DNA of 32,000 nt from Desulfurobacterium pacificum (GCF_900182835.1 NZ_FXUB01000001.1:676945-708944), one strand, 5' to 3'. Positions 1-6,770 are shown, numbered from the stretch's first letter. The notes: generated by a model not told the origin, from the letters alone. Numbers and translations: made by a program.

Positions 1-46
1 TTCATTAAATTCTATTCTCAACCTGAAACACATTCAAGCACCTTAA

Positions 47-1693
47 TCAAGAATTTTCACTGTCAGAATCTTCTATCCATTTAAAAAATTTTTCCCATTC
101 TTCTTCGCTTAAATTGATGTCTAAATCATATTCATCAGCAGAGCTTTCTTTAGAATTCTTTTCTGGCTCTTCTAGAATTTTAATTTTTATTTTCCCTAAA
201 ATCTCTTTTCCTAACGCATTCTTTAAAAGCTTTAAATTCCGACGATTCAGACTCAGAGAAGATATAGTCCCATCTTCCACCAGATATTCAAGCACGCTTT
301 TTCCGGTAGAATCTGTTAATAAAAGGTAGTCTATCAGTTTGTCCTGCAGTATAAAGTTGGCAGGATTTCCTGACCGGATTTTTTTAAGCTCCTTCCTGAG
401 AAACAGGACTCTTGCCTTAACCATATTATCTTTAGAAACTCTACTTTTACGACGTATTTCTTTTATTTTTTCCTTTTTTTCCTGACTTAATTCTGGAAGC
501 ATAGGTATCTGAAAATTAAAGTCTGCTTCAAGCGCCCATCTCACGAAAGAAGCATTCACAACCACAGGTAAAACACTGCCGTGCATAAGATCCCATTCAA
601 CCGCCTCTCTAATTTTGGATAAAAGGCTTTCCAGCCTCCTTACACCTAAGTATTCTTTTTCGTTTTCTTTTTCACATATCTTCGCTAACTCTATTTTTGC
701 GTCGTTTTCCACAACAACTACGTCAGGAATGGAATTAGTTGAATCTCCTGAAGGCAGGTATTCCTGCATTTTAGAACTGATGATAGCCAGATAGTCTTCG
801 TATCCCAGCTTTCTGACATTTATGCGGACGTTAAGCCTTCCTTTCAGTTCCGGTGCAAACTCTTCCGGTGAAGTTTCAGTGAAAGCTCCAGCTAAAATGA
901 AAGTTATGTGAGAAGTGTCGATAGAATCAGAAGACTTCTCTGCCCTTACCCAACCACCTTCGATAAGCTCTAAAAGGTGATACTGGAGGCTGCGGTAGAA
1001 ACCCTCTTCATCGTCTCCCCTTTCTTTTATTAAAAGCTTATCTGCTTCATCTATAAAGATTAAACCAAAGGGACGTTTTTGAAAGCTCATCAAGACAGGG
1101 AAATCTTTATCCTTTTTCTCTTCAAAACCTGGAAAAGACAGTATTTCACCGGCTATTTCTTCAATCAAAGAAGCAGTTTCTAAAGCATCTTCTGAACCAT
1201 TAAATCTGTCATACATGAACTCTAAAACCCGTGTGTGTCTGAGAAAGACTCGGGCAGCTGCGTATTCGAGAGCAGCCTTTAATTTCTCAGGTGAGCTTTC
1301 AGATTCGCAAAAAGCAGCAAGAGCTTGCTTGTATAAATAATAGTTTTTTGCCAGATCTTTAATTCCGTGATAACTATTCTTAACCGCAGACGCAAATTCT
1401 GCAGTAACTATTTCGTGCGGATCTTTTCCCTTATAGCCTGTCAAAGTATACTCAGTTATGGATACTTTAGTAAAAGGAACCTTGAGTTTCTGCGATAGGG
1501 CTCTTGCAATCTCCGTTTTACCGTTTCCGGTAGGACCTACAATCAGGCAGTTGTTCTTCTTCCTGGAACGTCCTTCAAGGTAAGCTTCCAGATTTTCGCA
1601 GATAGCATTTGACAGCTTAAAAAGAGCTTCAAGCTGCCCTACTACTTTTTCGCTGAGTTCACGAGCCAAGTAGTAGCTTGCAAATTCCAGCAT
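47..1693 (-). CDS. HslU/ClpX-family AAA+ ATPase (unfoldase-like) with a divergent ~150-aa C-terminal extension; no HslV-docking tail
   Basis: 548-aa ORF with RBS AAGGAG 7 nt upstream of the ATG. It is collinear with E. coli HslU motifs recalled from memory. These are Walker A GPTGNGKTEIARALSQKL (res 53-), pore-loop GYKG (86-89, HslU GYVG), an I-domain-like insertion (~95-205) and Walker B LIFIDEADKL (211-220). Also present are sensor-1 HITFILAGAF, Arg-finger region PELKGRLNVR and sensor-2 LGVRRLES. Residues ~396-548 have no HslU counterpart. They comprise a K/E-rich linker, a possible small helical domain and an acidic tail (SEEEWEKFFKWIEDSDSENS). Confidence 0.85.
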   Translation of the reverse strand: MLEFASYYLARELSEKVVGQLEALFKLSNAICENLEAYLEGRSRKKNNCLIVGPTGNGKTEIARALSQKLKVPFTKVSITEYTLTGYKGKDPHEIVTAEFASAVKNSYHGIKDLAKNYYLYKQALAAFCESESSPEKLKAALEYAAARVFLRHTRVLEFMYDRFNGSEDALETASLIEEIAGEILSFPGFEEKKDKDFPVLMSFQKRPFGLIFIDEADKLLIKERGDDEEGFYRSLQYHLLELIEGGWVRAEKSSDSIDTSHITFILAGAFTETSPEEFAPELKGRLNVRINVRKLGYEDYLAIISSKMQEYLPSGDSTNSIPDVVVVENDAKIELAKICEKENEKEYLGVRRLESLLSKIREAVEWDLMHGSVLPVVVNASFVRWALEADFNFQIPMLPELSQEKKEKIKEIRRKSRVSKDNMVKARVLFLRKELKKIRSGNPANFILQDKLIDYLLLTDSTGKSVLEYLVEDGTISSLSLNRRNLKLLKNALGKEILGKIKIKILEEPEKNSKESSADEYDLDINLSEEEWEKFFKWIEDSDSENS

Positions 1694-1809
1694 GACAAAC
1701 TCCTTACAATAAGGTTAATTGATTGTTGTTCTTCCCAGATACTTTTTTATTCAAAACATCAGCTACGGTAACTTCAGAAACTGATAGATTCGGCAGGAGC
1801 TGCTGGACT

Positions 1810-2046
1810 TCACGGCTTTTCTCGGCTGGAGTTTTCACTTCTGGTGGAAGGCGGTAAACGGTTGTCCCTTTCTAAAATTTTTCTGATAACTTCATTTATG
1901 TGCTGGTTAATAGACCTATATCCGTTATCTATCAACCACTTTTTGTATTCCTTGAGTATTTCCCTTCTTACCCTGATGGTGGTCTGAACGAATTTTTTTT
2001 CCTTCTTTCTTTTATCGCTTTTCATATCATGACACCTTGACGTCAT
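1810..2046 (-). CDS. Ribbon-helix-helix (CopG/Arc/MetJ-like) DNA-binding protein
   Basis: 78-aa ORF. It shows the RHH pattern: a basic N-terminus, beta-strand VQTTIRVRREI, helix LKEYKKWLIDNG and helix SINQHINEVIRKILER. An alternative and better-supported start is the ATG at 2025 (MKSDKRKK...), which has AAGGTG 7 nt upstream. Confidence 0.65.
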   Translation of the reverse strand: MTSRCHDMKSDKRKKEKKFVQTTIRVRREILKEYKKWLIDNGYRSINQHINEVIRKILERDNRLPPSTRSENSSREKP

Positions 2047-2061
2047 TTCTTTCTATTTATG

Positions 2062-2089
2062 AAGATAATCCCCATTCCCCGACAGTCAA
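2062..2089 (-). promoter_or_regulatory. Putative sigma70-type promoter for the RHH/AAA+ unit
   Basis: On the minus strand, TTGACT (2089-2084) is followed by a 16-nt spacer and TATCTT (2067-2062). It lies in the 130-nt gap between the DUF2283-like gene and the RHH gene. The call rests on sequence pattern only. Confidence 0.3.
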
Positions 2090-2174
2090 GGGGGAAAGAA
2101 AAAGTAAAAATCAGACCAGTAGGAGGAAGAAAGATTCCAGAAATCCCTCTTTCAGAATTAGGAACGTGGATTTC

Positions 2175-2474
2175 TCAGATATCAAAAAATTTCTTCCAGC
2201 CGAATATTTCTAAACCTGCTGGTTCGCCATCCTCGTCAAAATCAACTATAAAACCGCCGCTGAAATATTCGCCCTCGCATCTTCCTTTATCGGAAATCGT
2301 GACCCAGAGGATATCGTCTTTAGGAAAATACTTTGATTTTTCTTTGAGTTTCTCTATGGTAAGAGATATCCATTTTCCTTTTTCAGTGTCATAGAAAGAT
2401 ACATAAAGAATGTCGCTACTCTTATCATATTTAAGTTTTCCTTCTTCAGGCTTAAAAATGTCTATTTCTTCCAT
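2175..2474 (-). CDS. DUF2283-like small protein, probably translationally coupled to pAgo
   Basis: 99-aa ORF. The N-terminal KLKYDKSSDILYVSF and C-terminal GGFIVDFDEDGEPAGLEIFGWKKF match the remembered DUF2283 consensus (YD..aD.lYi ... vvDyd.dG.ivGiEil). The start lies 9 nt after the pAgo stop, and a GAGGA RBS sits across the pAgo stop codon. Confidence 0.6.
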   Translation of the reverse strand: MEEIDIFKPEEGKLKYDKSSDILYVSFYDTEKGKWISLTIEKLKEKSKYFPKDDILWVTISDKGRCEGEYFSGGFIVDFDEDGEPAGLEIFGWKKFFDI

Positions 2475-2483
2475 CAGTTCCTC

Positions 2484-4547
2484 TCATAGAAAATAAAGCG
2501 CTCCCATTTCAAGAAGGTATTGGTCAACTATCCAGTTTCTTCTTAAAGCGTTCACGTAAAGGTGAGAATAGTGAATTGGTGCGGGCAACCTCAGTTTGTT
2601 TTCATCATTGAATATGGTAGAAAAGTTAAGCTTGGTTAGTAAAAAGAGTGTTCTTATGAGTTCAGAGGTAATTGAATTAGGAGAGTATTGCCCGTAACTT
2701 ATTTCCCAGAAACTGTCTATCAGAATGCTTCTGGCACCTTTGCAAGAGTGAGGTAAGAGAACGGCCAAATCCTTTCTTAAGACAACGCCTTTCTTTCCTT
2801 CGTCGGATAATATGCGGAAAGAATGCCCTTTCTTAATATTGGCGGTAAACACTTTTAATTTTCTATCTTTTACAACATAAGATTCAGATAAAGAACCTAC
2901 TTCATCTTTATATAGATTCCCGTCTTTTAGCAGTAAAACTCTGCTGCCGTAAACGTTTATTTTCTCCACAACTATTTCAAGTATCCAGTTAAGGTTATCT
3001 ATTTTCTCTCCTCCTGTATCGATAGAAACAGGATAAAGACCTTTTATAGTGCCATCAGATAGAAATACAGTTATCCCTCCTGCACGAGTTCTACGGTTAA
3101 AAGGATCGTTACCGCAATCAACGCCTATGATAAGGTCGTAATTGAACTTTTCTGACAGAGAGAATGGTCTTATACCGAGCTTGGCGTATATGTTATAGAC
3201 TAAAGTTCTAGAAATATTTAAAGGATTAGAGTTTCTTATCCATTTATCATAAATGACAAACTGGCTTATTATGTTTTTGGCAAACAACCTTCTTTTAAGA
3301 GAATCGTATTTTTCTTTGTTCATTTCAGGAATAAGGCAAAGAGCAGAAGAAAATTTGTATTTACTAATTTCTTCCTGAATTTTTTTAGGTAAAGAAAAAT
3401 CGTCGAAATCAACTATAAACACAAGTTTGCCTTTAGCAGGACGTATCGTCTTAAATAGTTCTTTGTAACCTTCTATTCTGTTTAGTTTTAAAGCTTTCTT
3501 ATCTTTAAGTTGACTACGTAAAAACGCATTTACGCTGCTTTCATTAAATCTTTTGTCTACCAAGACGAAAAATGGCATTCCTCCCTGTTCTTCTATGTAT
3601 TGTGGAATAGAAAACGGAGGGTAATTCAATACTTCTTTAAGTGAAAAAACCTTTTTCTCTGTTCCATCTATGGTTTTAACTACATAAACTGGCTTTGAAA
3701 AAAGTTTTCCATCTATGCTACAGGGAGTATCAGCTAAAAACGGAATCTTCCTGACAGTTTCTTTCAGGATTTCTTTTCTCTCGAAATTTGAAATTACGAG
3801 TTTATTAGGGGATAAAGTTTTAGTTCGGTAGCAAGTGTCAGGATGAAATGGATAAACCCTGCCTTTTCTACCGAATTTAGCTTTCAAAATGGGAAATTCT
3901 TTCGGGAAATCTGTTACGCCGTATTTTTTCTCTAGAAGTTTTAAAATGCTTTCTCTCTCTTCTTCAGAAGGACTTTTAATCACTTCTTCTACGTTTATAA
4001 GGTCGCCCTTACCAGGACTATTTCCAGGAGGATAATAGAGCAATCTTTCTCCAACTATATCTTCTAAGGTAATCTCATTCCGTTTAAGCATCTGGTAAAT
4101 ACTTCTGTACCATTTAACCCTGTGCTTTAGGTCAAAGAATAAATAGAATTTTTCTCTGATTTTTCTTACGGTGAAGTTTCCGATAGTGAGTATTACAGAA
4201 TAGGAAGAATGAATTTCTTTCTTTTTAGGAAGGTTTTCTTTAAGCAGTTTTTTTATTCCTTTTTCGTTCAAAATTTTTATAAGTATCTTCTCTTGAATGA
4301 AGTCTTGAAGTTTTTGAAATGGTATTTCCTCTAACAATTCTGCATCGCTGCACGGTAATGATTTTCTGTGAGATACCACTTCAACTTCTGCATCTTCCAC
4401 AGGAGTAATAGGGACACCTATAGAGCGAACTTCTCCGTTTCTCTCATCTAAATCTTCTGATTGAGGAATAAGACGAAATCTATAAACAACATCAGGAATA
4501 ATTGACGGTACTATTTCAAAACCATTGAGTTCCACTTTGGTTTCCAT
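2484..4547 (-). CDS. ago: Long prokaryotic Argonaute (pAgo), PIWI domain with an apparently intact DEDH catalytic tetrad
   Basis: 687-aa ORF with RBS GAGGGGG upstream. PIWI motifs are IIGVD(477)CGND, TGGE(514)KI, VLLLKD(542)GNLY and LPAPIHYSH(662)LYV. The last aligns with the hAgo2 PAPAYYAH and AaAgo PATVHYSD motifs. The MID 5'-end binding motif is Y414-K418-Q429-K456 (KYDSLK...SQF...YAKLG). Length and C-terminus (GALYFL) resemble Aquifex/Thermus-type long pAgos. Confidence 0.9.
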   Translation of the reverse strand: METKVELNGFEIVPSIIPDVVYRFRLIPQSEDLDERNGEVRSIGVPITPVEDAEVEVVSHRKSLPCSDAELLEEIPFQKLQDFIQEKILIKILNEKGIKKLLKENLPKKKEIHSSYSVILTIGNFTVRKIREKFYLFFDLKHRVKWYRSIYQMLKRNEITLEDIVGERLLYYPPGNSPGKGDLINVEEVIKSPSEEERESILKLLEKKYGVTDFPKEFPILKAKFGRKGRVYPFHPDTCYRTKTLSPNKLVISNFERKEILKETVRKIPFLADTPCSIDGKLFSKPVYVVKTIDGTEKKVFSLKEVLNYPPFSIPQYIEEQGGMPFFVLVDKRFNESSVNAFLRSQLKDKKALKLNRIEGYKELFKTIRPAKGKLVFIVDFDDFSLPKKIQEEISKYKFSSALCLIPEMNKEKYDSLKRRLFAKNIISQFVIYDKWIRNSNPLNISRTLVYNIYAKLGIRPFSLSEKFNYDLIIGVDCGNDPFNRRTRAGGITVFLSDGTIKGLYPVSIDTGGEKIDNLNWILEIVVEKINVYGSRVLLLKDGNLYKDEVGSLSESYVVKDRKLKVFTANIKKGHSFRILSDEGKKGVVLRKDLAVLLPHSCKGARSILIDSFWEISYGQYSPNSITSELIRTLFLLTKLNFSTIFNDENKLRLPAPIHYSHLYVNALRRNWIVDQYLLEMGALYFL

Positions 4548-4986
4548 TACTTTTACCCCCTCTTCTTGTTTTCTTTGAGAATTTTAAAATTTTTCTTAAA
4601 AAGAATAAAACAAGTTCCTCTCACGCCTGAATCAACTTTTTCAAAAAGATCAATACCTCTCTTAGACATATTAAGCCATCAGCTCAGATAGGAAAAGCTG
4701 GCTTGTGGTAATCAACCGTGTGGAACGCACTGCACTACACACAACTTGAGTTTTAAACAGGCTTTTTGATTCACCCGTAAACGAGGGGATACGGAAGCTA
4801 TTGATAACATTATTGAGAGAAATTTATGATAGTTGTTCCAACCCCTAAACCGCTGAAAAGAGACTGAGAAATGTCAAAGAATTGTATTATAAAAGCTATG
4901 GAAAAAGAGTAACCGTCAAAAAGTTGCACACCTTAAAATAGAAAACAGGAAGGGAAAGTAATACTCAATTTTTGTGGGAGAAGGAA

Positions 4987-5568
4987 ATGAACACTTCGCT
5001 TACGCCGATGACAATTGTAATCGGAACTTGTGCTGTTGCGATTATGGTCCTATTTATCACCTATCTTGCTATTTTTGTATTGAACTATGATGTTAATAGG
5101 AAGGAAAAAGAAATCATCCTTTCTGAGATTACTCCTGAAACGTTAAAGGAAGCTGGGAAAAAAGCAGAAAAGATACGTATTCCTGCCAATGCGCTTACCC
5201 CAGAGCAGAGAAGAAGATTAAGGGAAATGGGGGCAGTAACAGCTTCAACGGATGATTTCCTTCTAAAAGCAGGTATGCTGTATCTACTGTATGAAACTCT
5301 TTTTGACAATGATGACGCTAAAACAAACGAAATCCTGTCTAATCAAGAAGAAACATACACATCTGATATAAATTCAAGCACTGACGATACCGATGCAAAT
5401 GAGCAGACAACAGATATTTTTCAAAGTCAAGAAGAAAACATAGAGCAATCTAACGACTCTTTGGATTACGTTCCCTCTTTAGACGATAATAATGCTGCAA
5501 ATGATTGGGATAGTAGAAGTGAAAGTAGTTGGGATTATGCTGATGACAGTTGGGATAGTGATTGGTAG
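4987..5568 (+). CDS. Single-pass membrane protein with a long acidic low-complexity tail ending in four Trp within an acidic, Ser/Asp-rich stretch
   Basis: The track ORF starts at TTG 4972. The ATG at 4987 is preceded by GGAGAAGG and is the likelier start (193 aa). The N-terminal TM segment is TIVIGTCAVAIMVLFITYLAIFVL. The C-terminal ~90 aa are D/E/S/T/N/Q-rich and end NDWDSRSESSWDYADDSWDSDW. Confidence 0.6.
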   Translation: MNTSLTPMTIVIGTCAVAIMVLFITYLAIFVLNYDVNRKEKEIILSEITPETLKEAGKKAEKIRIPANALTPEQRRRLREMGAVTASTDDFLLKAGMLYLLYETLFDNDDAKTNEILSNQEETYTSDINSSTDDTDANEQTTDIFQSQEENIEQSNDSLDYVPSLDDNNAANDWDSRSESSWDYADDSWDSDW

Positions 5569-5708
5569 TGAAGTTCAAGAGGTTTAAACTTGCATATAGT
5601 CTAAACAATAAAAAAACGCTTTTAGAAACATGGATTGTCAGATGTTTTATAGAGAAAAAAATAAAACCAGAACAGGCTGCTATATAGGGAAAACTTTGTA
5701 TACCGGGC

Positions 5709-5804
5709 TCACCCTACTTTTTTCTTCCCTAAATAGTCAATTACTTCAAAACCGATAAGTGAAGTAAGTATCAGCGCTATAAAAATCCACATTCCTACTA
5801 CCAT
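5709..5804 (-). CDS. Small hydrophobic peptide (31 aa), paralog 1 of a tandem family
   Basis: My own translation gives MVVGMWIFIALILTSLIGFEVIDYLGKKKVG. The ATG lies 2 nt after the stop of the upstream paralog. It is too short for the ORF track. Confidence 0.4.
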   Translation of the reverse strand: MVVGMWIFIALILTSLIGFEVIDYLGKKKVG

Positions 5805-5806
5805 TG

Positions 5807-5917
5807 TTACTTCGTTTTCTCCTTCTTCTCTAATTCTTTTTCATCTATGTAGTAGATTATTTCAAAGCCAATAGTCATTAAAATAAACATTATTCCGAGA
5901 ATTATTGCTGCAATCAC
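5807..5917 (-). CDS. Small hydrophobic peptide (36 aa), paralog 2
   Basis: A GTG start is preceded by AAAGGAGGG. Translation gives (M)IAAIILGIMFILMTIGFEIIYYIDEKELEKKEKTK. It shares the GFE(V/I)I.Y core with paralog 1. Confidence 0.4.
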   Translation of the reverse strand: MIAAIILGIMFILMTIGFEIIYYIDEKELEKKEKTK

Positions 5918-5927
5918 TTTCCCTCCT

Positions 5928-6015
5928 TTAAAGGCTTCTCAGTTCTTTCTTGCTCTGATAATTTACCGTCTCAAATATAATAGTTATTGACGCCAGCATT
6001 ATTCCAATGAATCAT
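5928..6015 (-). pseudogene. Third copy of the small-peptide family, either 5'-frameshifted or truncated
   Basis: The in-frame ORF from ATG 5999 gives MLASITIIFETVNYQSKKELRSL (23 aa). An upstream ATG at 6015 (MI...) is out of frame by 1 nt. Removing one C restores MIIGIMLASITIIFETVNY..., which aligns with paralog 2 (MI..GIM...FE..Y..KEL). Confidence 0.3.
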
Positions 6016-6094
6016 TGCAATAACCAACTTTTCCTCTGAAAATTGCGAATTCTTCTCCAACCTTATTTTAAAATTACTATCGGAGGTAAGCAGC

Positions 6095-6541
6095 ATGGCA
6101 TTACTGAAAATACACACCATAGAGGCAAAGATTTACAGTCGCAAGAGTCCAGCGTTCTTAATCGGCAGAGTAAGTTATGACACGAAAACGCCAGAAGACT
6201 ATGAAATCAAGCCAGTTGCTAAAGGTAAAACCAAAATTCTCATTGGGACTAAAGGGATATACATACTCAACGACAAGATAACTGAAGAAATCATTAGTAG
6301 AGTTTGGGAAAACTACCTAAAAGAGAGGAAAGGAAACAGAAACAGGAAAGAGGGAATAGTAGAACACCCCGTAGAAGTAATTGAAGATGAGGTAAGAAAC
6401 TACTTCTGCGAAAAAGGAATTGTTCCTATGCCCGAAACAGGCTGGATTAACTTCTCCTATGAAATCCCAGACTTTGAAAAGATGAGGAGAAGTATTCTGG
6501 AAATTGTTAAGGAAGTAAAAAGAAAGGTAGTAAAAGAGTAA
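6095..6541 (+). CDS. Hypothetical protein (148 aa), no recognisable family
   Basis: Clean ORF with a GGAGGT RBS 7 nt upstream of the ATG. Its K/E-rich composition matches its neighbours. Confidence 0.55.
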   Translation: MALLKIHTIEAKIYSRKSPAFLIGRVSYDTKTPEDYEIKPVAKGKTKILIGTKGIYILNDKITEEIISRVWENYLKERKGNRNRKEGIVEHPVEVIEDEVRNYFCEKGIVPMPETGWINFSYEIPDFEKMRRSILEIVKEVKRKVVKE

Positions 6542-6576
6542 GATTAAAACTTACATGCAAGTTACAAATCGCAATT

Positions 6577-6723
6577 ATGAGAAAGGACAAAATGAACACG
6601 AAAGAAGTCCTTAAAACAAAATCTATTTATAACAGAGAAGACTTATTGAAAATTAGGGTTTTCCTATCAGCCATCTTGAATGTTGCAAAATGCAAAGTCC
6701 CGAAAGATTCCGTAAAAGCTTAA
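6577..6723 (+). CDS. Possible small ORF (48 aa; alternative start 6592, 43 aa)
   Basis: My own translation gives MRKDKMNTKEVLKTKSIYNREDLLKIRVFLSAILNVAKCKVPKDSVKA. It has only a weak RBS (AAAGGA before the second ATG). It fills the gap between the 148-aa and 77-aa genes on the same strand. Confidence 0.2.
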   Translation: MRKDKMNTKEVLKTKSIYNREDLLKIRVFLSAILNVAKCKVPKDSVKA

Positions 6724-6770
6724 CTACGATTTCCTGAAGAGAATATCACTTTCAAAAGCAAGGAGGAAGC

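Noticed and set aside
114-329. 71-aa plus-strand ORF inside the AAA+ gene. Similar shadow ORFs occur at 2059-2394, 5085-5309, 6720-7022 and 6949-7173. More lie at 7720-9389 (several, antisense to uvrA), 10757-10951, 11446-11631, 14091-14276 and 14401-14902. The rest are at 15402-15713, 17094-18325, 18604-19128, 19924-20251, 20577-20926, 22044-22241, 22822-23325, 24036-24496 and 24812-25036.
   Set aside because: All of these are antisense to, or overlap, well-supported genes. Their composition is low-complexity or S/F/L/P-rich, as is typical of the reverse frame of K/E-rich genes. They lack RBSs and recognisable motifs.
47-1693. Annotating the 548-aa protein as canonical hslU.
   Set aside because: No hslV is adjacent, the HslV-activating C-terminal peptide is replaced by a ~150-aa extension, and the gene sits in an accessory island. 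I kept the family-level call only.
47-2046. RHH protein plus ATPase interpreted as a ParG/ParA-type plasmid partition module.
   Set aside because: The ATPase has a classical P-loop (GPTGNGKT) and full HslU-type AAA+ architecture, not the deviant Walker A (KGGxGK) of ParA. The only ParA-like protein in the window is minD.
4680-4800. Possible structured RNA or tRNA fragment (att remnant) in the pAgo upstream region, e.g. GTGTG...CACAC around 4718-4750.
   Set aside because: The stem is only 5 bp with a 14-nt loop, and there is no cloverleaf or conserved tRNA boxes. The evidence is insufficient.
5640-5710. Possible intrinsic terminator downstream of the small-peptide tandem (CAG...CTG followed by a T-run on the minus strand).
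   Set aside because: The stem is only 3 bp, so this is not a credible hairpin.
6546-6566. Imperfect palindrome AACTTACATGCAAGTT after the 148-aa gene, plus a related ACTTGCAT motif near 5590.
   Set aside because: It has a 5-bp stem with internal mismatches and no T-tract. It is not convincing as a terminator or as a repeat family.
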